A DNA stretch of 64,000 bases from a bacterium. Its GTDB lineage: Bacteria; Desulfobacterota; DSWW01. Below are positions 39,435 to 48,748 of this stretch, one piece after another. The stretch covers positions 1 through 64,000 of the forward strand of contig JBFLZG010000008.1 of assembly GCA_040756235.1 (NCBI GenBank). The letters run 5' to 3'. Under the pieces are notes generated by a model. It searched no databases. It worked only from the letters and a program-made list of their open reading frames with translations, and had not been told where the DNA came from. Every line of letters begins with the position of its first letter. The stretch's first letter is position 1. The position numbers were made by a program, and so were the translations under genes.

Positions 39435-39461
39435 TTATCGGTCGGCTTTCGAGTTTCCTGA
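39435..39461 (-). promoter_or_regulatory. Sigma28-type promoter for the VWA gene
   Basis: Minus strand TCAG-N15-ACCGATAA, 30 bp above the ATG. Confidence 0.65.
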
Positions 39462-39505
39462 GGAGCTCCTGAACGGCCCGCTCCGGTCCAGCGGCCCGCC
39501 CGGGC

Positions 39506-39532
39506 TCAAGCCTTGGCAGTTTTCGCCGATCA
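39506..39532 (+). promoter_or_regulatory. Sigma28-type promoter for the HD-GYP gene
   Basis: TCAA-N15-GCCGATCA, back to back with the VWA promoter. Confidence 0.7.
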
Positions 39533-39599
39533 TTCGGATAGATCCTCGTGACGTCCGCCCTCGGCCGCAACAGGGCCGAACCCAGGATGAGGAACCACC

Positions 39600-40565
39600 G
39601 TGCCCCGCACGCAGAGCTTCGAGGCCAGGGGAGGCTATCTGCCCATAGAGACGGACCTCCTTCCGGCCAACCCGGTAAAGCCCCTGCAGGTCTTCGTCCT
39701 TCTGGGCGAAAGATACGTCCCCTACCCTGCCGAGGGCGCGGTGCTCACGCCGGACATCCGGCTCGAGCTGCTGGAGCGCGGCATCGGGACGCTCTATATT
39801 CACGAGACCCAGCGGCCCGCCCTCAGGGAATGCCTGGAAGAGGGGCTCGAGAGCGTCCTGCGCGACCCCTCGGTCCGCCCCGAGATCAAGTCGAAGGTCA
39901 TCTGCCAAACCTGTCTCGATCAGATCGAAAAGCTGTGGCTGCGGCCGGACGCCAGGACCATCGCGGAGTGCAAAGGGGTATTCCGCCACACCATCGACCA
40001 CATCGTTGCCGCCGGGCTCATCGGGCTCCAGGAGATCCTCCGCATGCTCTCCTACGATCCGAGCATGTACGCCCATTCGGTGAACGTCGGGCTGCTGGGG
40101 ACCGCCCTCGCGCGGGAAGCGCTCTCCCTTTCGTCGCACGATCTGCGCGAGGCCGGGTACGCGATGTTCCTCCACGACATCGGCAAGACCAGGATCGACC
40201 GTGCGATCCTGAACAAGCCCGGACCGCTGTCAGAGGCCGAGTGGAGGATCATGCGGCGCCATCCGGAGATGGGCCACGCGATCCTGCGGAAGGAGGGACA
40301 TCTTTCGGCGCAAGCCTCGATCACGACGCTTCAGCATCATGAGCGCGGCGACGGCAAGGGGTACCCGCTAGGCCTGAAGTGGTCGGAGATCGATCCTCTG
40401 GGAAGAATCTGCAACCTGGTCGACTCGTACGACGCTCTGCTGGCGTCTCGTCCCTACAAGAAGGGGCTCACGCCGTTCGAAGCGCTGAAGATCATCCGCA
40501 AGGAAATGCGGCCGGGAGCCGACCGGGCCCTGTTCCGGCAGTTCGTCCGACTGCTGCTCACCTGA
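39600..40565 (+). CDS. HD-GYP cyclic dinucleotide phosphodiesterase
   Basis: YAHSVNV, LHDIGK, NKPGPL, RHPEMG, QHHERGDGKGYP, DSYDAL...RPYK. Confidence 0.94.
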   Translation: MPRTQSFEARGGYLPIETDLLPANPVKPLQVFVLLGERYVPYPAEGAVLTPDIRLELLERGIGTLYIHETQRPALRECLEEGLESVLRDPSVRPEIKSKVICQTCLDQIEKLWLRPDARTIAECKGVFRHTIDHIVAAGLIGLQEILRMLSYDPSMYAHSVNVGLLGTALAREALSLSSHDLREAGYAMFLHDIGKTRIDRAILNKPGPLSEAEWRIMRRHPEMGHAILRKEGHLSAQASITTLQHHERGDGKGYPLGLKWSEIDPLGRICNLVDSYDALLASRPYKKGLTPFEALKIIRKEMRPGADRALFRQFVRLLLT

Positions 40566-40583
40566 CGGCAAGCGGAGATTCCT

Positions 40584-40636
40584 GTAGGGGCAGGGTTTGC
40601 CCTGCCCGGAACGGGCGACGCATGCGTCGCCCCTAC
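40584..40636. repeat. GTAG-type REP element between the convergent HD-GYP and GGDEF genes
   Basis: gtaggggcagggtttgccctgccc...gggcgacgcatgcgtcgcccctac. Confidence 0.75.
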
Positions 40637-40698
40637 AACGCCCGCGGCAGGGGCAGCTTGGGGCCCTGCCCCTGGGGCGCGCATTCGGCCCTTCCCTG

Positions 40699-41832
40699 TC
40701 ATCCCGACGGCGGCCGGAATCCGGTCTCGGCTCGAGCTTCCGGCAGGTCCCGTTCCGATCTCACCCGGTTGCGGCCCATTTCCTTGGCCAGGTACAGGGC
40801 GCGGTCGGCGCGCGCCACCACGCTCTCCGGGTCGTCCTGTCCCCGGATCTCGGCCACCCCGGCGCTGATCGTGACCATGCCGATCTGCCGCTGCGTCCTG
40901 GCTACCTTGAAGCACTTCGTCGATATCTCGGCTCGCAGGTTCTCGGCCAGCCTGCAGGCGTTTTCGCAGGTGGTCATGGGCAGCAGGACCACGAACTCCT
41001 CACCTCCGTACCGCCCGGGCACGTCCCTCCCCTTGACCGCCCCCTTCAACGCCGCTCCGATGAACTCCAGCACCGCGTCTCCGATCCGGTGTCCGAAGGT
41101 GTCGTTGATCTTCTTGAAATGATCGATATCGATCATGATGACCGAAAAAGGAACCCGGTCCGTGCAGAAACCTGCGTACAGGCTGCGCAGCTCCCCTTCG
41201 ATGTGCTTGCGGTTGTACAGCCCGGTCAGCACGTCCCGGGTGGCTTCGCGCTGCACGGTCTTGAGCTCCTTGCGCAGCGACTCCGCCTCGCGCTCGGCCC
41301 GGTCGAGCTGGTCTTTGAGCTCCGAGCTCGCCTCGATCATGCTTCGTGTCTCGAGCACGAGCTCACCGATCATCTCCTTCAGCCGTACCGCACCCTCTTT
41401 CTCTTCTCCGAACCGCGCCAGGAAATGGCGGAGGCGCGCCGAGTAGGCTTCGGTCGCATCGCCGGTCGATGCGACCTTGTCCAGCGACTCGCGAAGGATG
41501 CGGTAGGTCTCCTCCATGAGCCGCTCCAGGATTTTTCTCTCCTCGAAGCCGTCGAAGTACTTGCTGAAGAGCTCCCGGTTCCGTGCCGGTGTGAACGGGT
41601 GGCCGGAATTCAGCAGTTGATCGATCTCGCGGCTCAACTCCTCGTGGCTGCCGGTGAGGTACTCGAACCAGACCCGGTAGTTGTCCGGCGTCAGCGGGAT
41701 TCGGAATCTCGCCATGGTCGGGATCGCCTTCCTGGCGACCTCTGCCGTGTAGTCGAGATCGGGTCCCCCGTCGTTCGGCTCCGGAGAGGCCGTCGACCAA
41801 CAGCCATTTGCGACGTCGGAGTCGTCCTTCAC
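40699..41832 (-). CDS. Soluble diguanylate cyclase (GGDEF)
   Basis: N-terminal IPLTPDNYRVWFEY domain, coiled coil, DVLTGLYNR, DIDHFKKINDTFGHRIGD, RYGGEEF, ADRALYLAK..GRNR. Confidence 0.95.
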   Translation of the reverse strand: MKDDSDVANGCWSTASPEPNDGGPDLDYTAEVARKAIPTMARFRIPLTPDNYRVWFEYLTGSHEELSREIDQLLNSGHPFTPARNRELFSKYFDGFEERKILERLMEETYRILRESLDKVASTGDATEAYSARLRHFLARFGEEKEGAVRLKEMIGELVLETRSMIEASSELKDQLDRAEREAESLRKELKTVQREATRDVLTGLYNRKHIEGELRSLYAGFCTDRVPFSVIMIDIDHFKKINDTFGHRIGDAVLEFIGAALKGAVKGRDVPGRYGGEEFVVLLPMTTCENACRLAENLRAEISTKCFKVARTQRQIGMVTISAGVAEIRGQDDPESVVARADRALYLAKEMGRNRVRSERDLPEARAETGFRPPSG

Positions 41833-41833
41833 C

Positions 41834-42622
41834 TCAGCCGCCTCTTTCAGCAGGGGCGACCGGCGGCCCGCAAGGGCATGCGCCGCCAGGCGGATCCTGC
41901 CGGTACACCCTCTCGACCTGCCTCTGCCTCTGCCGCACGAGGATGTACGAAGCGATCGCCTCCCGGTCCCGCTCGGACACGTTGAGAAGACTCACGGCGG
42001 TCGAATACCCCCCGAGCACCGACGGCCGGCTCGGCCGGACGACTTCCGCTTCCAGCCCGATGAGCGCGGGGCTCTCTCCGCGCAAGAAGAGCGCGAGCCG
42101 CAAGGTCTCCCCTCTTTCGTGCCGCCTTCGAGTCGGGAAACACATTCCGGAGAGGCTGATATCCAGCCGGCGAGCCGACGGGCCCGGATCCTTCCGGCTC
42201 CTGCCCGGCAGCACCGCCACGCAGTACAGCAGCTCGCCGCGGCTCTCCTCCAGATGGACGACCAGCCTCGTGCCTGCCGCAGCCCGGCAGCTTCCTCCGG
42301 CGGCCTCCAGGGTCTGAAACAGCCACTGCCTCAGCGCCGTACGGTCCGACTCCGGAGGGGCCGCCTCCTCATCAGGACAGGGCCCTCCGAGGCACTCCGA
42401 GTATTCCACGGGGCCCCTCTCGTACATCCTGGGGGCCGCGCGCCGGTTCGCGTCGAGAGAGATCAGGGGGTGCGGCCCGAACGGCGGCCCGGAGGCGCCG
42501 GGCACCGGGGCCTCGTCGGCCCGGCGCCCGGCCGCGCCTGCGGCCGCCGCGCGGCTCTCGTTCAACGCCAGATAGAGGCGCAGCAGCCTGAGGGCATGGA
42601 TCGGCCGATCTGGAACGGACAT
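41834..42622 (-). CDS. PilZ-domain protein (c-di-GMP receptor)
   Basis: RRAAPR (RxxxR) and DISLSG (DxSxxG) separated by a long insert. AEVVR and the C-terminal helix REAIASYI. Confidence 0.7.
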   Translation of the reverse strand: MSVPDRPIHALRLLRLYLALNESRAAAAGAAGRRADEAPVPGASGPPFGPHPLISLDANRRAAPRMYERGPVEYSECLGGPCPDEEAAPPESDRTALRQWLFQTLEAAGGSCRAAAGTRLVVHLEESRGELLYCVAVLPGRSRKDPGPSARRLDISLSGMCFPTRRRHERGETLRLALFLRGESPALIGLEAEVVRPSRPSVLGGYSTAVSLLNVSERDREAIASYILVRQRQRQVERVYRQDPPGGACPCGPPVAPAERGG

Positions 42623-42647
42623 GGAGCCACCTGTCAGACGTATTGAC

Positions 42648-42760
42648 CAGGTGCCAGGTGTCGGGTGTCAGGTATTAGGCCCCGCCCCCTGGCCCGGGTG
42701 ACAACTGATCTCATCGGAATTGGGCACACTCTGGGTGGAGCCCTGAAACCCGATACCTAT
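42648..42760. repeat. Inverted arrays of degenerate 7-bp units
   Basis: accaggt-gccaggt-gtcgggt-gtcaggt-attaggc faces ccctgaa-acccgat-acctat. Confidence 0.6.
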
Positions 42761-42761
42761 C

Positions 42762-42924
42762 TAGAGGCTGTCCCAAAACGCCCATCTGCGGCGTTGCGCT
42801 CGTGGCGCATGGAAGCGCGGGGAGCCTGCCCCGGCAGAAGCCGGGGTCCACCGAGATTCTCACTGTACGCCTCATTCCTCGGGATTTCGCGCGCCTTGCA
42901 TCTGGGCATTCTTGAACAGCCTCT
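42762..42924. mobile_element. MITE-like element copy 3; a degenerate fourth copy lies at about 43040..43165
   Basis: tagaggctgtcccaaaacgcccatctgcggcgttgcgctc...gcgcgccttgcatctgggcattcttgaacagcctct. Confidence 0.75.
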
Positions 42925-43208
42925 GAATCGAGCCTGTTGGGACAGGCTCTATCTATTTGTTCTCGGCAGAAGGGAACGATCCCTTTACCGCGGCGGGTCG
43001 CCTGCGCTCCGGCCGAGTCCCTCGACGAACCGCAAACGACAGCCTCTCCAAACCGCCCGCGTGCGGCGTTGCCCTCTTGGCGCATGGAGGCGGGGAGTCA
43101 GCGCTGCCTCGTACTTCCGCAATTTGCGCCTCTTTCCTCAGGATTCCATGCATCTTTCATCTGCGCTGACCAAGAAACCTTCCATTCCGGGCTCGTTGCG
43201 GAAGTCGC

Positions 43209-43235
43209 TAAAGTAAATTTTGTTTCTGCCGACCA
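43209..43235 (+). promoter_or_regulatory. Sigma28-type promoter for chemosensory operon 2
   Basis: TAAA-N15-GCCGACCA with an AT-rich spacer. Confidence 0.7.
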
Positions 43236-43336
43236 CTACCTCCATCGCATCAGACCGATCATCTGACCGGGAGCCTGCTCAGGAGTCGTGATGCGGTCTC
43301 ACCCTCGGCAGGCCCTGCAATGTAAGGAAGTTTTTC

Positions 43337-43570
43337 ATGGCAACGCACGTTCCCCGGCTCATCCGTGAGATCCGCGAGAGGACCGGGGTCACTCAGGAGA
43401 AATTCGCGGCCCGGCTCGGCGTGACCGCCCCTACCATCAATCGCTGGGAGAACGGACGCGCCAAACCGTCGCCGCTGGCCTGGAGAGAGATCGAGCGCCT
43501 GCTGCGCGAGCTCGGCGACCAGGGCAGCGACCTGGTCGAGGAGCACTTCAGCCCCGAGGAGCCGACATGA
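43337..43570 (+). CDS. XRE/Cro-family HTH regulator
   Basis: IREIRERTGVTQEKFAARLGVTAPTINRWENGRAKPS. ATGA-coupled to the next gene. Confidence 0.92.
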   Translation: MATHVPRLIREIRERTGVTQEKFAARLGVTAPTINRWENGRAKPSPLAWREIERLLRELGDQGSDLVEEHFSPEEPT

Positions 43571-44739
43571 GTCACGGCTGCGCTCGACGCGATTCTGCAA
43601 AGCTGCCGGTCGAGGCGGCCCTGGCGGCACATGCGAGCGGACCGCCCCTGGTGCTGGTCGTCGACGACGAGGCCATTACGGCCCGCACGATCGAGGCGAT
43701 CCTGCAGTCGGCAGGGTTCCGGACCGCCTGCGCCCCGGACATGGCCGGCGCCCTCGAGCGGATCCGGATCGAGCCTCCTGATCTGATCCTGCTCGACATC
43801 GGCCTGCCCGACGGGTCCGGCTTCGATTTGTGCCGCCTGCTCCAGGCCGACCCGGCCTCCTCGCAGGCGCCGGTCCTGTTCATCTCCGCGCACGAAGAGC
43901 TGTCCACGAAGGTGGAAGGGTTCGAAGCCGGGGGGGTCGACTACCTCACCAAGCCGGTAGCCGGGGCAGAGGTGCTCGCCCGCGTGCGGACGCATCTGCG
44001 GCTCAGGCAGGCCGGCGTGCGCGTCGCCGAGCTCCAGGCCGAGCGGGTGGAGCGGCTGGCGGCCGCGCAGCAGAATCTCATGCCGAGGCCATCGGACTTC
44101 CCCGAGGCTCGGTTTCAGGTCTCTCTGCGTCAGGTGCTCGCGGCGGGCGGAGACTTCTACGACGTGGTCCCGGCCGGGGAGGGAATCGTCGACTATCTCG
44201 TGGCCGACGCCAGCGGGCATGACCTCGCCGCCTCCCTGTGGACGGCGGCGCTCAAGGCGGTGGCGGCCGAGTACGCCCGACCGGCCCATTTGCCTCTGGA
44301 GGTGGTCGGCGCCATCAATAGCGCGCTGTGCCGTTTCCTTCCGTCCGGGGCCTTCTTCACCCTCGTCTACGCCCGCGTCAATCGCCGCAACGGACAGCTC
44401 TCTCTGGTCAACGCCGGCCATCCTCCGGCCCTCATCGTGCGCGCCGACGGGCACGCAGCGACGCTCGTGCGCCAGGAAGGCGACGTGGTCGGCGCGTTCT
44501 CGGACGCGGTCTTCGGCACGGCTGAGCTCGCGTTCCAGCCGGCCGATCGGCTGTTTCTGTACACGGACGGACTGGTCGAGACCGGCGGCTCCCAGGAGGA
44601 CGGAATCCGTCGGCTGGCCGCCGCCTGCTCGGCCCGGCGCACCCTGCCGCTCGAGAAGGTGGTTCCCGCCGTGGTGGACGACGTGACCTCCGAGGGGCCG
44701 GCGCAGGACGACATGGTTCTCATGGGAGTCGACCGATGA
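43567..44739 (+). CDS. Response regulator with SpoIIE/PP2C phosphatase domain (RsbU/RsbY-like)
   Basis: REC (VVDD, LLDIGLP, LTKP), then GGDFYD, ADASGH, NAGHPP, YTDGLVE, QDDMV. Confidence 0.93.
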   Translation: MSHGCARRDSAKLPVEAALAAHASGPPLVLVVDDEAITARTIEAILQSAGFRTACAPDMAGALERIRIEPPDLILLDIGLPDGSGFDLCRLLQADPASSQAPVLFISAHEELSTKVEGFEAGGVDYLTKPVAGAEVLARVRTHLRLRQAGVRVAELQAERVERLAAAQQNLMPRPSDFPEARFQVSLRQVLAAGGDFYDVVPAGEGIVDYLVADASGHDLAASLWTAALKAVAAEYARPAHLPLEVVGAINSALCRFLPSGAFFTLVYARVNRRNGQLSLVNAGHPPALIVRADGHAATLVRQEGDVVGAFSDAVFGTAELAFQPADRLFLYTDGLVETGGSQEDGIRRLAAACSARRTLPLEKVVPAVVDDVTSEGPAQDDMVLMGVDR

Positions 44740-45290
44740 AGAACGGACGCCGCTCGGCGGCGCCCTCCCTGCGATGCCTCATCCCGTCCCGCCTGGGCGC
44801 CGTGGACGTCCCCTGCCGCAAGATCGTGGCGCTGCTCGAGGCCAGCCGTGCGGGCGCCGCTGCCTTTCGGGTCGGGCTCCTGGCCCGGGAGTGCCTGAAC
44901 AACGCCGTGATGCACGGCAACCGCGGGCGCAGGGACAAGAAGGTCACGCTCGAGCTGCGCATCGGCCGGACCTGGATCGTCCTCAGGGTCGCAGACGAGG
45001 GGCCCGGCTTCGCATGGAGGGACGAGCTGCGGAGGCAGCGGGACCCTGCGGCGCTCGGCGGACGCGGCCTGGCCATCTGCGCGCTCTACGCGGGGCGGAT
45101 CGCGTTCAACCGCAGCGGGAATCGGATCACCCTGTGGATCCGCAAAACGGGAAAGGAGACTGCACATGCCCCAGTACGCCATAGAACACAACGACCGCCG
45201 GGGTGTCGTAACGCTTGCCGGCGATCTGACGGCCGCGCTGGTGCCGGGCCTGCAGAGTGCGCTCAAGGGCGTCCTGAGCCAGGGCGCTGA
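44736..45290 (+). CDS. Anti-sigma factor / serine kinase (RsbW-like HATPase)
   Basis: ECLNNAVMHGN, VADEGPGF, GGRGL, FNRSGN. The last 125 nt overlap the STAS gene. Confidence 0.88.
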   Translation: MKNGRRSAAPSLRCLIPSRLGAVDVPCRKIVALLEASRAGAAAFRVGLLARECLNNAVMHGNRGRRDKKVTLELRIGRTWIVLRVADEGPGFAWRDELRRQRDPAALGGRGLAICALYAGRIAFNRSGNRITLWIRKTGKETAHAPVRHRTQRPPGCRNACRRSDGRAGAGPAECAQGRPEPGR

Positions 45291-45501
45291 CGAGCTGGTG
45301 TTCGACCTGGCGCAGGCGGCCATGCTGGACTCCAGCGGCATGGGGCTGCTCATCGCCGCCTCCAACAGCCTGGCCAGGAACGGCGGCAGGATCCGGGTGA
45401 TCAACGTGTCGGCCGACATCCTGCGGCTGCTCCAGAGCATGCGCCTGGCCGGCCGGCTCAATGCGAGCGGACGCCCGGATGCGGAGGTGCGCCATGGATG
45501 A
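45166..45501 (+). CDS. STAS anti-anti-sigma factor (RsbV-like)
   Basis: LAGDL, VFDL..MLDSSGMGLL with the phosphoacceptor Ser. AAGGAG RBS. Confidence 0.92.
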   Translation: MPQYAIEHNDRRGVVTLAGDLTAALVPGLQSALKGVLSQGADELVFDLAQAAMLDSSGMGLLIAASNSLARNGGRIRVINVSADILRLLQSMRLAGRLNASGRPDAEVRHG

Positions 45502-48500
45502 CGCCCTGCTCAACGAGTTCATCAACGAGTCCCGCGAGCATCTGGCCACGATCGAAGCCGACCTGCTGGCCATCGAGGAGTGCGGCGCCGAGATCGACGA
45601 GGAGCTCGTGAACAAGGTGTTCCGCGCCGCCCACTCCATCAAGGGCGGGAGCGGCTTCTTCGGCCTGAACAAGGTCAAGGAGCTGGCCCATAGCTCCGAA
45701 ACCGTGCTCGACATGCTGCGCTCGAGGAAGATGGCGCCCAACGCGGAGATCACGAACCTGCTGCTCGCCGCCTTCGACCGGCTGCGCGACATGATCAATC
45801 ACCCCGCCGAGAGCGCGAGCGCCGACGTCGCCGATCTGGTGGTGAGCCTGACCGGCCTGGCCTCCTCCTACTTGCCTCCCGAGCAGAAGCCGTCCCTGAC
45901 CCGAACCGTCACCCTCGTCCCCTCAGGGGGAGGGGCTCCGGTCACGCTGCCGGAGATCGATCTGGACCGGGTGCGGCGCTCCGGCCAGTACGTGTACGGC
46001 GTGGACTACGACCTCATCCACGACATCGAGCGCCAGGGTCGCAACGTCCTGCAGGTCTTCCGCGACCTCTGGGAGACGGGCGAGATCCTGGACTGCGTGC
46101 TCGATTTCGAGGCGGCCGGCACCCTGGACGAGCCCATCGGAAACCGGCTGCCCCTGCGCCTCGTCTTCGCCACGATCATCGAGCCGGGCGACGTGGAGGC
46201 CCTGTTCCCCGCCAACCGGGACAAGGTCCGTGAGCTGCTGGATCCGCGCCAGGCAGCCGCAGCCGCGGCCGCGCAGGAGCCGGCGGTGCGACAGCAGACC
46301 CCCCTGCCCCGGACAGCCGTCGAGGACGAGAGCGGGCGGCCGCCCAGGCCCGAGCCTGCGGCGCAGCAGCAGCCTCCCTCGTCGGCGCCCGCCGGCGCGA
46401 AGCCCGCGCCGGGCGGCGGCGCGCCCGCGGCAGCGGCCGCCGTCGAGGAAACCATCCGGGTCAACGTCGGGATCCTGGAAACCCTCATGAATCTGGCCGG
46501 CGAGCTGGTGCTGAGCCGCAACCAGCTGCAGGCCTCGATCGCACATAAGAACGGACAGGCCCTGGCTACCGCCGGCCAGCGCATCAGCCAGGTCACCTCC
46601 GAGCTGCAGGACGCCATCATGCAGACTCGGCTCCAGCCGGTCGGCAACCTCTTCGGCAAGTTCCCGCGCGTGGTCCGCGACATGGCCGGCGCCCTGGGCA
46701 AGGAGGTCCAGCTCGATATCTACGGCAAGGAGGTGGCCCTCGACAAGAGCCTGATCGAAGGGTTGTCCGACCCGCTCACTCACATGATACGGAACGCCGT
46801 GGACCACGGCATCGAGATGCCCGAGGAGCGCGCCCGGGCCGGCAAGAAGCGCCAGGGCCTCATTCGCATCGAGGCCCGCCACGAAGCCGGCCAGGTCGTG
46901 GTCGAGATCGCCGACGACGGCAAGGGCATCGACCCGGAGCGGGTCGCCCGGGCAGCTCAGAGCCAGGGTCTGGTCACGGCCGAGAAACTTCAGGGAATGT
47001 CGCCTCCGGAGAAGACGGCCCTCATCTTCCTTCCGGGCCTGTCCACGGCCGAGATCGTGAGCGACCTTTCGGGGCGCGGGGTGGGCATGGACGTGGTCAA
47101 GACGAACCTCGACCGCCTCGGCGGCAAGGTTGAGATCCTGTCGGAGAAGGGCGCGGGCACGACCTTCCGCATCAAGCTGCCCCTCACCCTGGCCATCATC
47201 CCGTCGCTCATCGTCTCGGTCGACGGCGAGCGCTTCGCCATTCCCCAGATCAACGTGGAAGAGCTGCTGCGCGTGCGGCCGGAAGAGGCCAAGACCCGCA
47301 TCGAGAAAGTAGGCAGCGCCGAGGTGCTGCTGCTGCGCGACCGCCTCATCCCGCTCGTGCGGTTCGCCGACCTGCTCGGGGTGGTGCCCACTTACGGCGT
47401 GGCCAGGACCGGGCTGCGCGAGCTCGATCGTCGTGTCCGCCTCGCGGACCGGCGCTCGCCGCGCCACCCGCTCTCCGCGGAAGAAGAAGAGACGCAGGCG
47501 CCCCAGCCGGCGCCCGGCAAAGAGCAGCCGACGGAGCGCAGCGCTGCCGACCGGCGCCGGAGCACCGCCGGGGCTCTGGAGATCGCGGTGGTCACCACCG
47601 GCACGCAGACTTACGGGCTCGTGGTCGGCGCCTTCCACGACAACGAGGAGATCGTCGTCAAACCTCTGGGCCGCCATCTCAAGGGCCTGGGCGAGTATGC
47701 CGGCGCGACGATCCTGGGCGACGGCACCGTGGCGCTCATCCTGGACGTGGGCGGCCTGGCAGCCAAGGCGGACCTGGCAGCGGTTTCGGGCACGGCGCGC
47801 GCCCGCCAGCTGGAGAAAGCGGCCGAGCAGGACAAGCTCGCCGACAGCCACGCCCTGCTCCTGTTCCACAACGCACCGGACGAGCTGTGTGCCGCCCCGC
47901 TCGACACGGTGCTGCGCGTCGAGCGGATCCGGCCCGAGCAGGTGGAAACCGTGGGCGGCCGCCGCACCCTGCAATACCGCGGCAGCTCCCTGCCGCTGGT
48001 CACGCTGGCGGATACGGCTTGCGTCAAGCCGATCGGCGATAACCGCGACCTGGCGGTGATCGTCTCCAGCGTGCGCGGCCGCGAAGTGGGGCTGCTGGGC
48101 GCCATGCCGGTGGACGTGGTCGAGACCCGCGCCGACATCGACCAGACCACGCACCGGCAGAAGGGCGTGGCCGGCTCGGCCATCATCCGCGAGCGCACCT
48201 CGCTGATCGCGGACATCTTCGAGCTGGTCGACGCGGTCTGGCCGGAATGGGCCACCGAAAAAAAGGCAGCCGAGCGGCTGCCCGCAGCGGACACGCAGGA
48301 TTCCGCCGTGCTGCTCGCCGAAGATTCGGATTTCTTCCGCGCCCAGGTCCGTCGCTACCTCGAGGAAGACGGCTACGCGGTGCTGGCCGCGGCCGACGGT
48401 GAGGAAGCCTGGGAGCTGCTCCTCGGCAACCTGGATCGGGTGCGGGCGGTCGTGACCGACATCGAGATGCCCCGGCTGAACGGGCTCGGCCTGGCCCGGC

Positions 48501-48688
48501 GGATCCGGGCGGACGAGCGCACGGCCCGGCTCCCGGTCATCGCGCTCACCTCGCTGGCCGGCGATGACGACATCGCCCGCGGCAAATCCGCCGGCATCGA
48601 CGACTATCAGGTCAAGCTCGACCGCGACCGGCTGCTCGAGCGGGTGAGGGGATACTGGGCATCGAGCACGCCGCAAGCAGCGGTCTGA
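45494..48688 (+). CDS. cheA: Hybrid CheA (Hpt, dimerisation, HATPase, two CheW domains, REC)
   Basis: VFRAAHSIKG, MNLAGELVL, HMIRNAVDHGIE, SGRGVGMDVV, two CheW-like domains, C-terminal LLAEDS...VTDIEMP. ATG at 45494 follows GGAGG. Confidence 0.95.
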   Translation: MDDALLNEFINESREHLATIEADLLAIEECGAEIDEELVNKVFRAAHSIKGGSGFFGLNKVKELAHSSETVLDMLRSRKMAPNAEITNLLLAAFDRLRDMINHPAESASADVADLVVSLTGLASSYLPPEQKPSLTRTVTLVPSGGGAPVTLPEIDLDRVRRSGQYVYGVDYDLIHDIERQGRNVLQVFRDLWETGEILDCVLDFEAAGTLDEPIGNRLPLRLVFATIIEPGDVEALFPANRDKVRELLDPRQAAAAAAAQEPAVRQQTPLPRTAVEDESGRPPRPEPAAQQQPPSSAPAGAKPAPGGGAPAAAAAVEETIRVNVGILETLMNLAGELVLSRNQLQASIAHKNGQALATAGQRISQVTSELQDAIMQTRLQPVGNLFGKFPRVVRDMAGALGKEVQLDIYGKEVALDKSLIEGLSDPLTHMIRNAVDHGIEMPEERARAGKKRQGLIRIEARHEAGQVVVEIADDGKGIDPERVARAAQSQGLVTAEKLQGMSPPEKTALIFLPGLSTAEIVSDLSGRGVGMDVVKTNLDRLGGKVEILSEKGAGTTFRIKLPLTLAIIPSLIVSVDGERFAIPQINVEELLRVRPEEAKTRIEKVGSAEVLLLRDRLIPLVRFADLLGVVPTYGVARTGLRELDRRVRLADRRSPRHPLSAEEEETQAPQPAPGKEQPTERSAADRRRSTAGALEIAVVTTGTQTYGLVVGAFHDNEEIVVKPLGRHLKGLGEYAGATILGDGTVALILDVGGLAAKADLAAVSGTARARQLEKAAEQDKLADSHALLLFHNAPDELCAAPLDTVLRVERIRPEQVETVGGRRTLQYRGSSLPLVTLADTACVKPIGDNRDLAVIVSSVRGREVGLLGAMPVDVVETRADIDQTTHRQKGVAGSAIIRERTSLIADIFELVDAVWPEWATEKKAAERLPAADTQDSAVLLAEDSDFFRAQVRRYLEEDGYAVLAAADGEEAWELLLGNLDRVRAVVTDIEMPRLNGLGLARRIRADERTARLPVIALTSLAGDDDIARGKSAGIDDYQVKLDRDRLLERVRGYWASSTPQAAV

Positions 48689-48748
48689 AACCCTTGAGCA
48701 ACCGGTTTGACGATGAAAGAAACCAGACGGACGGAAAGGAGAACGGAC

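Noticed and set aside
42950..43336. Possible c-di-GMP (GEMM) riboswitch in the operon 2 leader
   Set aside because: The GNRA tetraloop/GCAAA signature could not be found by eye, and much of the region is a degenerate MITE copy. An Infernal search would settle it.
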